Made by a program: the position numbers and the translations under genes
In this document: positions 1 to 10,678 of the stretch, piece by piece
How positions within the stretch are numbered: position 1 is the first letter of the stretch
Layout of the letters: the number at the start of each line of letters is the position of its first letter
From: Nitrospirota bacterium
GTDB lineage: Bacteria > Nitrospirota > Nitrospiria > Nitrospirales > Nitrospiraceae
Direction: 5' to 3'
DNA length: 64,000 nt
Assembly (NCBI GenBank): GCA_963701855.1
Contig: CAVPBK010000006.1
Location: 1,504,001 to 1,568,000 of the forward strand
The notes under the pieces: generated by a model
Database searches by the model: none
What the model saw: the letters and a program-made list of their open reading frames with translations, nothing else
Told to the model about the DNA's origin: nothing

Positions 1-624
1 CGTCGTCCGCGGCTACTACAAGGCCGTGCCTTTCCCCGTTAAGGATTGCGTGAGCGCCGAGCTCGCTCACGATAGTGGCTCAGTATAGGATGAGACCTGC
101 CGCCGACCAACAAAATGTGAAGAATCGTGCGCCTAGGTTAGAGGAAGCAGAGGATGGGCCGCTCGCTGTGATCTTCGTCGAGTTCGATGGATGTATTGCG
201 CCGCTTAATTTCTGGACAATGTATTGAACAGTGTAATCCATCCGTTTTGCAGAGAATAGCCTTCTTCGATTCTTCATTTCTCAAGGGACATTCGGATGCA
301 CTCTCTCGCGGCTCTGGTGAGAGGGCTTCGGTTGTCTTCTACTCCGATAGGTTTTGAATAAAATTCGGTGGGGTCTGCATTCACCTAACGCATCCATACG
401 TTAAGTAGGGCACAACCCAAGGGCTAGGCACCCTTTCCGCCCCTTTGTGATAGGCTTAGCAGATGTCGAAAGGGAACGCGCCAAAAAACAAGGTAAAGAC
501 TGCCGCCGCGGTTGAGGGAAAGTCGATTAAGCCGCTCTTGATTGAAGCAGAAGAGACTCGTCTGCAGGAATTGCAGAATAATTGTTGAATAAAGGCGTGC
601 TGCCGAAAGGGAAGAGTTACGCCA

Positions 625-1206
625 ATGGGAAAGACTCTTGAATATCAAGGATACACGATCCAGTCCGCTCCGCATCACCCGGCAGACTGTGAGAAATGGC
701 AGCTGCGCATCTTCGTCTCCATGGACGATCACCGAGGCGTCAAAGCACGCGAATTCTCCGCCGATGTCGTGTATGCGACCGAGCAGGAGGCCGATATCCA
801 TGGGATTGCTTTTGGCCAGCGCCTGATTGATGGCAAGGTAGAAGGTCAGTCCGTCATGGATATGAAAACGGTGGATCGCCGAGCGACGCCGCGTCTCCGT
901 GTGCAATTCCGTACCACATTTTCGAGTTCCACGAATAAGGAAGGGACGGGCGTCATGCTGGATCTGTCTTCGGGCGGATGTCGTGTCGAGAGTCCTGTTT
1001 CTGTGGAACCGGGCTTATTGTTAGAGCTCCGCATCTATGCGCCAGATGTCGAATGGCCGCTTATGATTGAAGCGGCCAACGTGCAGTGGGTAAGTGGCCA
1101 GACATTCGGGCTGGCCTTCTTTCGGATCACGGAGACAGAGCAACAGCGTTTGGGGCAGGTGATCGAGGATTTGATGGAGGGCGGTGAGGGGAAAGCCGAC
1201 CACTGA
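625..1206 (+). CDS. PilZ-domain protein (c-di-GMP receptor-like) with small N-terminal domain
   Basis: RRATPR (RxxxR) and DLSSGG (DxSxxG) motifs; C-terminal V.WV....FGLAF. Confidence 0.85.
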   Translation: MGKTLEYQGYTIQSAPHHPADCEKWQLRIFVSMDDHRGVKAREFSADVVYATEQEADIHGIAFGQRLIDGKVEGQSVMDMKTVDRRATPRLRVQFRTTFSSSTNKEGTGVMLDLSSGGCRVESPVSVEPGLLLELRIYAPDVEWPLMIEAANVQWVSGQTFGLAFFRITETEQQRLGQVIEDLMEGGEGKADH

Positions 1207-1449
1207 GCCTGAATCACTCATCAAGCAGAGGTAAAACGAAGAGAACTCGAACCGCACGGTCTGCAGCGCAGCAAGATCCATCCCAATCCACGCTAGGACA
1301 GATGTTTCGCTGTGTCGAGAACCCGTGGTAGTGAAACTCTCGAACGGCGTAGACGCCCACTGCTCTCTCCGACTGAGTCACGAGAACTCATTGACTAATT
1401 TGTTAGCATGATTAAGAAGAAAATGATACCTGACGACGAGGTGGATATC

Positions 1450-1620
1450 ATGACCAGGACGCAAGCTGCGGCGTTACGCGTGACGTGGGCAGAGAGGGCG
1501 GATCTCCCCTGTCAGCATCTGCACTTAGAACTGGAACACACTGACGACGGCTATTTGACGGGCAACTATCACTGTACTGCCTGCGGTGAATCTGTGATGC
1601 ACCTGCCTCTGGCTGCGTAG
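1450..1620 (+). CDS. Small C-x-H...CxxC putative Zn-binding protein, paralog 1 of 4
   Basis: PCQHLHLELE..GYLTGNYHCTACGESV; GAGGTG upstream of ATG 1450; paralogs at 17286, 17683, 36696. Confidence 0.7.
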   Translation: MTRTQAAALRVTWAERADLPCQHLHLELEHTDDGYLTGNYHCTACGESVMHLPLAA

Positions 1621-1647
1621 TGTACTGCCCCGCTTAACTTGGAAGAG

Positions 1648-1669
1648 AAAACGGTGTCAGGAACCGATT
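1648..1669 (+). repeat. Junction motif type 1 (AAAACGGTGTCAGGAACCGATT)
   Basis: Similar to 22589-22611 and 27167-27192; imperfect hairpin; lies upstream of an NPYG gene. Confidence 0.6.
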
Positions 1670-1886
1670 AGGTCTGAGGTCCCTGCGCAAGCATAGCCTT
1701 GTCGGCCGCTTGCGCTGATCTCCGAGAGGGAAGTACGCTCACGTCGAAAGTGCTGAGTCGAGGGGCACTGCTTCAGACCGAGTGAAAAGGCTCGTTATGC
1801 CGATGTCCTTACTCCTGCTCATCCTGTTGTTACCCCTGCCGTTCTCCGTCCATGCTGAAGATCTCGGGGAGCTTAGCGCGAACCCC

Positions 1887-2009
1887 GCGGGTTTCTCTGT
1901 TTCTCTGGTCTATCTCGTTGATCTGGTTTGTTTTGTTTATTTGGTTCATCTGGTTAGTTTCGTTCAACCAAAAATCAGAGAAACCAGATAGACCAAATAG
2001 ACCAGCAAG
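1887..2009. repeat. 9-bp-periodic palindromic (REP-like) element
   Basis: Left arm of TCTGGT-type 9-mers, right arm of ACCAGA-type 9-mers. Confidence 0.8.
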
Positions 2010-2064
2010 GGCTCTCCGTTCTCACCGGACTCGATCAAGAATCCCTACGGCGCCGGGAATCCCT

Positions 2065-2256
2065 AGCCCGCATTATTCATGACAGTTCGTCGCGAAATCG
2101 CTGAGCCGCGTCGCGAGAGCGGCGCGCGGAGCCAGGAGGACCTGAGGCGTACTCGTGCAGTACGTTGAAGGTACGAGGGGCGAGCCCGCCGACCGAAGGC
2201 TCGTCGTAGTAGCGGATCGGCGATTGCAGCAGAAGTGTTCATGATTAATGCGGGCT
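2065..2256. mobile_element. MITE-like palindromic element
   Basis: TIRs AGCCCGCATTATTCATGA / TCATGATTAATGCGGGCT (17/18 complementary); absent from the other NPYG gene copies. Confidence 0.8.
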
Positions 2257-2597
2257 TGAGCCCCAGCAGTCCCACGAATCCCCACGGCCGCGGCCTCCGA
2301 ATCGAAGGACGCTGATTCATTCGCTGAACCGCTCCACGTGATCTCATGGCTGCTTGACACCGCGGTCCTACAACTCAGTTCACGCCTTGAAGCTTTAAGA
2401 CGCTTCATTGGGAAGCCTCCGGCCCTCCGGGGGATTCTTATCATGATTTCACCTCGCGGCTGGGCATAGACTTAGAAGAGCTTCCCATCCCCTTCTCGTA
2501 GCAAATTGACATAGTGGATTAGCAATGATACTTTCAGCCGCCAATGTATCGCTGCGATTGTGGAAGGAAATGAAAGTATCATAGTACGGACTGCTGT

Positions 2598-3755
2598 ATG
2601 AATCCTGCTGATTTTACAGAGGAAAAGAATGGCCAATTAATTAAGACCCAGCGTGACTATTGGGCATTTCTCCCGAATCCCCTTCCTCCCCAGCTCACGC
2701 TGAGCTGGGATTTGGTGAACCAACTTTCTGAGGCCGATCGGGCGCTCAGCGAACTCGCAGGAACAGCGCGCACCTTACCCAACCCACACTTGTTAATAGG
2801 GCCGTTCATCAGACGCGAAGCCGTGCTCTCCAGTCGCATCGAGGGCACCCAAGCGTCTCTGTCCGATCTTCTGTTTTTTGAAGCGTCAGGATCGGTCGAT
2901 CCGAAAGCCCCGGATGCTCGGGAGGTAGCCAATTATGTGAAAGCGATGGAATACGGATTGGTGCGTCTGAAGAAGTTTCCGCTCAGCCTCCGCTTTATCA
3001 GAGAAGTGCACGAGCATCTCATGCATGATGTACGCGGGGAACATTTGACCCCCGGAGAATTTCGCCGCTCCCAGAATTGGATTGGCCCAGATCGCTGCAC
3101 GCTGATGGACGCCACATACGTTCCACCTCCGGTCGAAGAAATGGAACAAGCCTTAGGCCAATTCGAGGCCTACTTGCATGCGCCCTCAACGGTGCCTCTC
3201 CTGATTCGCCTCGCAGTCATCCATTACCAATTTGAGGCGATTCATCCGTTCCTGGACGGCAATGGCAGAATCGGACGACTCCTCATTACCCTTTTGCTAT
3301 GTAAAGAGGGCGCTCTCCCGGAACCGTTGTTGTATTTAAGCGCCTACTTTGAACGCTACCGGAATGAGTATTACCGTCTTCTTCTGGCTGTGAGCCAGTC
3401 GGGCAAGTGGATCGACTGGATCTCGTTCTTTCTCCGGGGAGTCGCTGAACAATCACGAGACGCGCTGGTTCGTTCTGATCAATTACTTCAATTGTGGAAG
3501 AACTATCGCGGCGAGTTCCAGTCAGCTCGATCGTCGGCGCTCCAACTTCGCTTGGTGGACCAGCTGTTTGCGTACCCCGCAATTACCGCAAACCAGGCTG
3601 CAAAGCTGTTAAAGGTAACCCATCGCTCGGCTCAGTTGAACATTGAAAAACTGATTCGCAAGGGGATTCTCAAAGAGGCCACTGGCAAGCAGCGCAACCG
3701 AGTGTTTATCGCTCCGCAAATCGTGAAGATCATCGAAGCGACACATGCAAGCTAA
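2598..3755 (+). CDS. Fic family protein (N-terminal extension, Fic domain, C-terminal HTH)
   Basis: HPFLDGNGRIGR catalytic motif; SSRIEGT motif. Confidence 0.95.
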   Translation: MNPADFTEEKNGQLIKTQRDYWAFLPNPLPPQLTLSWDLVNQLSEADRALSELAGTARTLPNPHLLIGPFIRREAVLSSRIEGTQASLSDLLFFEASGSVDPKAPDAREVANYVKAMEYGLVRLKKFPLSLRFIREVHEHLMHDVRGEHLTPGEFRRSQNWIGPDRCTLMDATYVPPPVEEMEQALGQFEAYLHAPSTVPLLIRLAVIHYQFEAIHPFLDGNGRIGRLLITLLLCKEGALPEPLLYLSAYFERYRNEYYRLLLAVSQSGKWIDWISFFLRGVAEQSRDALVRSDQLLQLWKNYRGEFQSARSSALQLRLVDQLFAYPAITANQAAKLLKVTHRSAQLNIEKLIRKGILKEATGKQRNRVFIAPQIVKIIEATHAS

Positions 3756-3813
3756 AGCAAGACAGCTAACAACTCACACGGCGAATGCTCGATTTAATCA
3801 GGGGGGCCTTCGC

Positions 3814-4007
3814 TGTGATAATTTTGTGCTACAAAGCTTCACAAACGACCGAATTCAGTAGAACCAATGGAATCAGTAGAACACTAGCAAGCCCATGATT
3901 TTCAACGATAAACGGGGAAACCTTCGCAACATCGAGCGGTTCGAATTATTGCCCTGCTGCCACTCTTAATCAGCGGGCCGTAGGTTCGACCCCTACACGG
4001 CCCACCA
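3814..4007 (+). repeat. att-like site: ~150-bp arm + tRNA-Lys(CTT) 3' half (3963-4007)
   Basis: CTCTTAA loop, TCAGC, T-arm GTAGGTTCGACCCCTAC, ends CCA; no 5' half; collinear with 13719-13912. Confidence 0.9.
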
Positions 4008-4175
4008 AACCTCGCTTGCGCGTGCCGGCGGCTATTCAGGCGAAGCCTCTCTTCATTGACGCCGCCGGATAACCCCCTCCAGTAGACCTGTCTTTGTAGG
4101 CAGTAAAACAGAGAAAATATATTTTTCTGCCCCCCTGCTGGGCTTTGAATCTAACAGCCTGTGGAAAAACTATGT

Positions 4176-4266
4176 TGGTTTTGCTGGTCTATCTGGCTTC
4201 TCTGGTTCTTGTGGTGGGGCATCCGATCCGGGCAACTAGACAAACGAGACAGACCAGATAGACCAG
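4176..4266. repeat. 9-bp-periodic palindromic element
   Basis: CTGGTCTATCTGG ... CCAGATAGACCAG arms. Confidence 0.75.
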
Positions 4267-4445
4267 CCCCCACGTCTCACTCGTCCCGCCTGTCTCGCTC
4301 GTCGAACTTTCACGAGATCGTACCGTGCCATACAACCCAACCACTGCACGGGAATCTCCTCCTTGCGATAGGCCCGCTGAATGGATTTCGGGCTCATGCG
4401 GAGTTCCGCGGCCAATTCCTTCATCGTGAGCAACTCCTTCTTCAT
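4236..4445 (-). pseudogene. Excisionase/HTH_17-like DNA-binding protein; C-terminus runs into the palindrome
   Basis: MKKELLTMKELAAELRMSPKSIQRAYRKEEIP...ARYDL; AAAGGA upstream; next to an att site. Confidence 0.7.
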
Positions 4446-4519
4446 GCCCAGTCCTTTCTGATGGTGCGGCTCAGCACGGGGCTGACCCAACCCTGAGCCA
4501 AGCCGGCTTTGCGGTCGAT

Positions 4520-5827
4520 ATGGCCTGTGATGGCACAGAAGCCCTGAGCAAGGCCAATGCGGGAACGTACGATACTGTGTTGAGCGATATCCGCATGATC
4601 CCGTGTTCCGGTTTGGATCTTTTGGATTCGATTCGCAAGACCATGCCGGAGCTGCCCATCGTGCTCTTGACCGCGTTCGGCTCGGTCGACACTGCCATCC
4701 AAGCCATGAAGCAAGGAGCATTCGATTACATCGCCAAGCCCGTGAATCTTGACGAACTCATCCTCACCATAAAGCGAGCCGTCAAGCATCGGCGTCTGAT
4801 AGAGAACACTCGCACGCCTAAGCGTGCGTTTAATGAACAGTCGCGGGCCGCCTCTTTGATCGGACAAAGCAAGCAAATGGTCGAGGTCTTCAAACTTATT
4901 GGAAAGGTCTCTCACAGCCGGACAGCCGTACTGATTCAGGGTGAGAGCGGCACCGGCAAAGAATTAATCGCCCGCGCAATCCACGATAACAGCCCGCGTG
5001 CGACTTACCGATTTGTCCCCATCAACTGTAGTGCGATTCCAGATACCTTGCTCGAAAGCGAACTCTTCGGTCACACGAAGGGTTCGTTCACCGGTGCTCA
5101 CACGATGCGGCGTGGATTGCTTGAGGACGCGAGCGGTGGCACGTTCTTTTTGGACGAAGTCGGCGATCTCTCTCCGGCCGGACAGGCAAAACTTCTCCGC
5201 GTCCTCCAAGAAGGTGAAATCCGAAGGATTGGAAGCAACGAGTCGGTACGCGTAGATTTGCGGGTTATTGCAGCCTCGCGCCGAAATCTCGCCCAACTGG
5301 TAGCGACCGGCCGGTTTCGTGAGGATCTGCTCTACCGGCTGAACACGGTCATGGTTCTCCTGCCTCCACTTCGGGAACGGCATGAAGATATTCCCTTGCT
5401 GGCAGAATTCTTTCTCGCAAAGTATGGCGACAAGAAGGAAGTTCCTGTCACGTCTTTTTCATCCGCCACGATGAGCGCGCTGACTGAATATTCCTGGCCG
5501 GGGAACGTGCGTGAGTTAGAACACGTCGTTGAACGGGCAGTGGCGCTGGCCTCGCAGGCTATTCTCTCAATCGAGGATCTCCCACCTGAAGTCATTCAGA
5601 AAGACGGAGAAGCTTCGGATCAGAGTGACATCTTCCTCGGCACGCTCAAAGCGCTGCGGCGGGAACAAGTGCTAAAAATTCTGGAATCAACCCATGGCAA
5701 CAAAGAGCGGACGGCTCGTTTACTCGGTATCAGCAGACGAACGCTCTACCGACTCCTCGAACAATACGGGCTCGGCAAAACTAAATCTTCGACCGAAGCT
5801 GACACTTCGAATCCTGTCGGTTCCTGA
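4520..5827 (+). CDS. NtrC/AtoC-family sigma54 response regulator, receiver N-terminally truncated
   Basis: [35 protein letters not shown], Fis-type HTH; first receiver strand (..DD) missing. Confidence 0.9.
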   Translation: MACDGTEALSKANAGTYDTVLSDIRMIPCSGLDLLDSIRKTMPELPIVLLTAFGSVDTAIQAMKQGAFDYIAKPVNLDELILTIKRAVKHRRLIENTRTPKRAFNEQSRAASLIGQSKQMVEVFKLIGKVSHSRTAVLIQGESGTGKELIARAIHDNSPRATYRFVPINCSAIPDTLLESELFGHTKGSFTGAHTMRRGLLEDASGGTFFLDEVGDLSPAGQAKLLRVLQEGEIRRIGSNESVRVDLRVIAASRRNLAQLVATGRFREDLLYRLNTVMVLLPPLRERHEDIPLLAEFFLAKYGDKKEVPVTSFSSATMSALTEYSWPGNVRELEHVVERAVALASQAILSIEDLPPEVIQKDGEASDQSDIFLGTLKALRREQVLKILESTHGNKERTARLLGISRRTLYRLLEQYGLGKTKSSTEADTSNPVGS

Positions 5828-6180
5828 TATCCGCCCGCCCATCATTTCGACGAAGTTTCTATCATTATCGGTCAAAGTGAATATGGCGCCGGCAAAAGTC
5901 TTGACGATATAGAGACCTGCCCCGCCCTGGATGACCACTCCTTCAACCGTTTTATGGCCAGATCATGCGGCGTCGGCCATTTGGTGAGAGAGCTCGCGTG
6001 GGCAATCTGTCCAGGCACAGACAATCTGTCGTTCGGGAGACATTCCTTCGAAAACACGCCGTTCGGCTGTTTGTCGTGGAACACCTGGGACAAGCTATGC
6101 GGTGGGCATCCCTCTGCCCCTTGAAGAGAGAAATGTCATATGTGTCCGAAAAATGGACCTCGGCTGTCATTGGTGGCCAA

Positions 6181-6196
6181 TGGTATCCCCTTTGCT
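6181..6196 (+). promoter_or_regulatory. Putative sigma54 -24/-12 promoter
   Basis: TGGTATCCCCTTTGCT (GG-N10-GC), downstream of a bEBP gene and 60 bp before ORF 6257. Confidence 0.55.
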
Positions 6197-6256
6197 CACG
6201 GTAACTGATACGCACGTCAGAAAATTAGGTCACGACATCATAACGAGGAGGTATTC

Positions 6257-6571
6257 ATGACATCCATTCCCAAAATTACCGGGGTCATGCTCTGTGGTGT
6301 CACCCTCTATCTGAGTATGCCTCAGGCTGCGCTGGCCATCAATAATTATGCGGAGGAACCATCAGAGAGCACTCACACCATCCAGGGGGAAGTATTGGAC
6401 GTTGGAGGCAATCTCTTTTTAGTTAGGGAACAGGATGGTGGGCTGATCGTGTTGCATACCGACAAGAACACCCAGGGGACTGAAACCGTAAGCCGGGGAG
6501 ATCAGATTGAAGCGAAAGTAAGCGACGTAGATGATCTGACGATCGTGCTGTCGATTCGCGAGATGAATTAG
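6257..6571 (+). CDS. Small secreted beta-barrel (OB-fold-like) protein, paralog family
   Basis: GAGGAGG RBS, signal peptide, TIQGEVL...GDQIEAKV. Confidence 0.75.
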   Translation: MTSIPKITGVMLCGVTLYLSMPQAALAINNYAEEPSESTHTIQGEVLDVGGNLFLVREQDGGLIVLHTDKNTQGTETVSRGDQIEAKVSDVDDLTIVLSIREMN

Positions 6572-6759
6572 TGACATCGCGCGATTTACGGTGGGGCCTG
6601 GTCACGCGAGGAAATATTCAGTTGGCATTCCGTACGGACAAGACGACCTGGATGATTGGGTACCTCAAAATGGGTAATCGTTAAGTCTTCGTCGCTGACC
6701 AGAATTGCTTTGCTCGCCTTGGCGGCTAATCGGTTAACCTGTGGACAATTTGTCTCGCA

Positions 6760-6830
6760 TCAGGTGAAAACTTCTTCACGTTCGCTTCATCATTATTTCA
6801 TGTCCGGCTCGTAGACTTTGTTCATCTCGT
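6760..6830 (+). promoter_or_regulatory. Conserved upstream element with three TTCAY repeats at 11-bp spacing
   Basis: TTCAC/TTCAT at 6775, 6786, 6797; homologous block at 8614-8680. Confidence 0.55.
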
Positions 6831-6862
6831 CAAGAGAGTCCACATTAACCGAGGAGGTAATC

Positions 6863-7222
6863 ATGGTCTCCATTCCCAAAATCATCGGGGCCATTTCGTG
6901 CGGTGTCGTGCTGAGTCTGGCTCTGACCAGTGTCACGCAAGCATTTGACCCTAACCCCTGTGCGATGAGGAAGGGCGGACTGCCGAATCTTCTCCTGTGT
7001 AGTGAGGAAAAACAGCAGGGCATCCAAACCATTAAGGGGGAGGTGTTGCGCGTAGACGGTGATACGCTCGTCGTTGAGCGCTTTAATGGGCAGGAAGTAC
7101 AGTTGCCAGTCACCGCAGCCCTTAGAAACGGCCACATATTTGAGCCAGGAGATTGGATTGAGGCGAAACTAGCCGACGTAAATCATGAGGCGCAGGTGCT
7201 GTCAATTCACGAGATCAACTAA
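6863..7222 (+). CDS. Small secreted beta-barrel (OB-fold-like) protein, paralog family
   Basis: GAGGAGG RBS; MVSIPKIIGAISCG.., TIKGEVL..GDWIEAK. Confidence 0.75.
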   Translation: MVSIPKIIGAISCGVVLSLALTSVTQAFDPNPCAMRKGGLPNLLLCSEEKQQGIQTIKGEVLRVDGDTLVVERFNGQEVQLPVTAALRNGHIFEPGDWIEAKLADVNHEAQVLSIHEIN

Positions 7223-7311
7223 TGCATCGTGATGGGACAGGCTAACCGAGGACACACCCGGTTGGCCTGCCTTCGCTCTATCAGGATTCTCCCGTAGGAG
7301 TGGAAAGGAGA

Positions 7312-7521
7312 ATGGAGCCATGGCGTATACGGAAAAATATTGTGAGGAGTGCAGTCGGAAGCTATCGCGGAAAGACCGGTCGCCAGAGGCGACGGCGTTT
7401 TATTAACGCGTGTCAGTCCACCGACGGAAACACGGTTCGCTTTAGAAAAGTGCTCGTAGAGAAAGACGGGGTCTGTTTCGCGTGTGGACAGAGAGATCAA
7501 GTGATGTATTACGAACTGTAA
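7312..7521 (+). CDS. Small basic hypothetical protein with CxxC
   Basis: AAGGAG RBS; CFACG. Confidence 0.45.
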   Translation: MEPWRIRKNIVRSAVGSYRGKTGRQRRRRFINACQSTDGNTVRFRKVLVEKDGVCFACGQRDQVMYYEL

Positions 7522-8613
7522 TCCCACCGACACTGCAGTTTCAGTCAAGAGGTGCGGTATGTGTGCTGTGTGGCATTGTCATAGTTGGATCTTCAGCGTC
7601 GCGATCGAGCTGTTGATATTCAGTCTTCTCATGGCATGCGGAACGCTTGTGAGTGGGTTGGTCTGCAGGATCTGGGGGGAAGTCCGTGATGACCACCCTC
7701 CCATCAGCCGCCAAGAGTAGAACGGCGAACGAGCTTCCGATGTCCAAAGCGGCTTGATTGGGTGCCTCGACCCTGTGAAGCTGCTTTTCACCGAGCAGTC
7801 AATGCCGCTGAAGCGGAAACGCTCCAACCAGGTCAGCATCACCCACTGAGATAGAACCGTCTGTCCTGAACTCGGGGAGATGCTGTCCAACGAACGCAGA
7901 ATGTCAGCGCAGGAGAAACGCTACCACCACAATGATGGAAGAAGGGGTGTGACAAGGTTGCATATGGACAACAGGCTTCTTGGTCCCGATGATGGTGGGA
8001 TCGGTCCTCGCCAAGAGGCTGTCAGCCTTGCTACTGCTTGCGTATCAGCGGGCCGGAGGAATCGCCGAGCGAGTTCAATGCCCTAGCTGGTCCGGCTACT
8101 GCGAAGCTACCAAACCTCCTCTATTGCTCTCCATGATGAGGAAAGTTCTACTACGAGAGAAAGTGCGAAAAAGTTACTCCAGGGAAGGCCACAAAACCTC
8201 TGATCTAGAAACAGCGGTGTACTGGATCTGGCAGACTGATTCTTCAGGAGTTTAAGGATCATAATTCTTACAAGATTTCTGGAAGGCTGACCTGCGGTTT
8301 ACAAACTTGATTCAGCCCAATCTGACACGACCCACGCGGAGCTAACCCAAGGTAAAACTGACGAATCTGAAGAACCATCCTCTTGATGGATCGGGATTGC
8401 TTGGCCTGTTCCGGTAGCAGCGTGGTAGCAGACGACGATAACGGGGCCCGCTGATTAAGCGTGACAAATAGCCTTTTCTCACAAACCTCGCTATTGCAAC
8501 GGTTTCCCCATATTCCCGTCCCTCTCACATAAATCATCAGGATTATGACGCCGCATTTGAGCGCAACTAGGGTAGCTACTAGTTTGCTCATCCACGGACA
8601 TCTTATTTCGTAA

Positions 8614-8680
8614 TCAGATGAAAACTTCTTCATGGTCGCTTCATCATGGATTCATGCTCGGTTCGTATATTTTCATGTGC
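8614..8680 (+). promoter_or_regulatory. Second copy of the 11-bp-spaced TTCAT element
   Basis: TTCAT at 8629, 8640, 8651. Confidence 0.55.
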
Positions 8681-8789
8681 AAGAGCGTGCGACCGACGGG
8701 CTGGTTTTATCGGTCGAGCCATGGTTTGCGAAGATAATTCATTCAACAGGACCGTAGGCAAGCGGACCACGACATCAGAGGAGGAAATT

Positions 8790-9227
8790 ATGGCTACGTT
8801 AGTGAGACCGGGAGTTCCTGCCGAGGGATTTAAGGCTGTCGGACAAATTCATGCCACGAATGACTTGGTGTTTCAACGGACCCACAACGCGATGGGCGTC
8901 GCCGTCGAATTACTGACGACGCACACAGCAGGCGCGCCAGTGGTGGATGAACAGGGCGAGTTCATCGGCTTTGTCAGTGAGTTCGACATCCTTCGTGCAC
9001 TTGAGGCGAAGAAGGATTTGAACCGGTTGACAGCCGAAGACGTCATGGCCAAGGAACATATTTCGGTGACGAACGCGACCAGCATTGACGAGGCCGTGAA
9101 GATCATGGAGGAGAACCGACTCCTGAGCCTGCCGGTAATAGCAAACGGCAAAGTAACCCATTCGATTACGCGGCACGACCTACTACGGGCCTGGATCGGC
9201 CTTGGCATGGACATCGAAACCTCATAA
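8790..9227 (+). CDS. CBS-pair protein
   Basis: GAPVVD..G.FIGFVSEFDIL and LPVI..GKV..SITRHDLL; GAGGAGG RBS. Confidence 0.9.
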   Translation: MATLVRPGVPAEGFKAVGQIHATNDLVFQRTHNAMGVAVELLTTHTAGAPVVDEQGEFIGFVSEFDILRALEAKKDLNRLTAEDVMAKEHISVTNATSIDEAVKIMEENRLLSLPVIANGKVTHSITRHDLLRAWIGLGMDIETS

Positions 9228-9432
9228 CGGAATGAGCGCCCCAACCCTCTTTGCACAGAGGTATGGCCATCTGTGGTGTCTTCGACGATGCTGAATGCAT
9301 CTCTCGAGTCCGTGAGTACGGCTAATAGCTCCAAAGGGTGATCGCGTCCCCAGAGGTCTTGGTTCGCTGCTGTGCTGAGAAGCTGACCTATCAAGGCGAA
9401 ATGGTTCAGGCCTTTGCGAAGGACGGTGCTGA

Positions 9433-10419
9433 GTGCACATCCGGACGTTGATGTGTGTGCTCCTGTTGGGCCTCGCCTCAGGGTGTGCCACGGGATCAGA
9501 TCCTCTTGTTCATCCCGAGGTCGTGGACCGTCGGTGCGGGCCGATCTCACCCCTTCACCGATCTGTCAATCAAAACCTCCCTCGCGCGCATGCTGCCTCG
9601 GAGAGGCCTCCGATCGATCCTGCTGTGCTTGCCGGGCGATTTTCTCCGCAATCCCAGAGTATCGCCGACAGTATCGGCGTCAAAGATCTCCTCGCGCAAC
9701 TGACGATTCTGAAGGCAGAGGCGGATCAACATGGTGGGGCCATGACCATCGAACGCCTTCACGTGCAGCAACAGCTCTCGAATCGCATATTACTGGCCTT
9801 TCTGGATGTCGCCAGAGCCGCTGCCGAAGCCGATTGCGAAGAAGAACGAGCCGATCAGCTTGCGGATGGGTTGCACGAGGTGCGTGACAAACGCATTCGA
9901 CAATACACACTCATCGCCATCGTGGGTGATGCCATGATCGGCATCGTCGCTGGCGCATTGGAACTCGCATTGCAAGAAACGGCCGCAGCCGCCGCTGCGA
10001 TATTCGGAGGCAGTGTGGCAACATGGTTCGGCCTGTCTGCTTTTTTCGACGACACCCACTATGACTTTCGACACGCGCGTAACCTCTTGCAGGAGGTGTG
10101 GATGGCGCCTGAAGAACCAGCGCTGATTCCTCCTTCAGTATGGCGGCACTTGACCCGTCCGTTACCCGACGATCCTGCGCAGCGGTCCTTACGAGAATCC
10201 CTCATCATCCGCTGGCGTCAAGACGGTCGGTTTGGGGAGGCAGGTTCGGAGCTGGAGCAGCGTCGTACGGCTCTGTTTTTTGGTGAGGGAGGCTCCTATG
10301 AGATTGAAGACCTTCGTGCTCGAGCCGCCATGTTGGATCTTCTCGAATCCGACATCAATCTCATGAGCCAAGATCTCGAACGACTCATGGAAGAAGTACT
10401 CCTACTCAATGACTCGTGA
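9433..10419 (+). CDS. Hypothetical lipoprotein/membrane protein
   Basis: LASGC lipobox, helical body, hydrophobic hairpin. Confidence 0.7.
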   Translation: MHIRTLMCVLLLGLASGCATGSDPLVHPEVVDRRCGPISPLHRSVNQNLPRAHAASERPPIDPAVLAGRFSPQSQSIADSIGVKDLLAQLTILKAEADQHGGAMTIERLHVQQQLSNRILLAFLDVARAAAEADCEEERADQLADGLHEVRDKRIRQYTLIAIVGDAMIGIVAGALELALQETAAAAAAIFGGSVATWFGLSAFFDDTHYDFRHARNLLQEVWMAPEEPALIPPSVWRHLTRPLPDDPAQRSLRESLIIRWRQDGRFGEAGSELEQRRTALFFGEGGSYEIEDLRARAAMLDLLESDINLMSQDLERLMEEVLLLNDS

Positions 10420-10462
10420 GGACAGGCGTTGGTTCGTTCGGTTTGAAGCGTGTCCCCATGCG

Positions 10463-10678
10463 TTACGGGAATCCACTACCAGTCATCGTGCATTCACCCG
10501 ATGACGGGAGGGCCCCCGTAGCACGAGTGGTATGAGCCCCTGAGCCGGAACATGGATCAATCTTCCCGCTGTCAGAACGCAGGGTGGAATCACTCGGCGT
10601 TGTCTCTAAGATACCGCAGGATTGGAGCGACAGGACTGTCAGAATGAGCCCGCAGACTAACCATCGTGTCGATGTCAT
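10463..10678 (-). CDS. Small lipoprotein
   Basis: GGGAGG RBS; LSLQSC lipobox. Confidence 0.6.
   Translation of the reverse strand: MTSTRWLVCGLILTVLSLQSCGILETTPSDSTLRSDSGKIDPCSGSGAHTTRATGALPSSGECTMTGSGFP

Larger units (their letters stand above)
1782..2315 (+). pseudogene. Secreted NPYG/NPFG-repeat protein, copy 1, interrupted by two palindromic elements
   Basis: Signal peptide + EDLGELSANP; after the insertions GSPFSPDSIKNPYGAGNP...GRGLRIEGR*; homologous to 11175, 22699, 45598. Confidence 0.8.

Noticed and set aside
1887..2009. CRISPR array in the 9-mer repeats
   Set aside because: No unique spacers, degenerate inverted arms and no cas genes
3930..4007. Intact tRNA genes here and at 13912, 54001, 58148
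   Set aside because: No D-arm, 5' acceptor strand or 5' anticodon stem; only 3' halves are present
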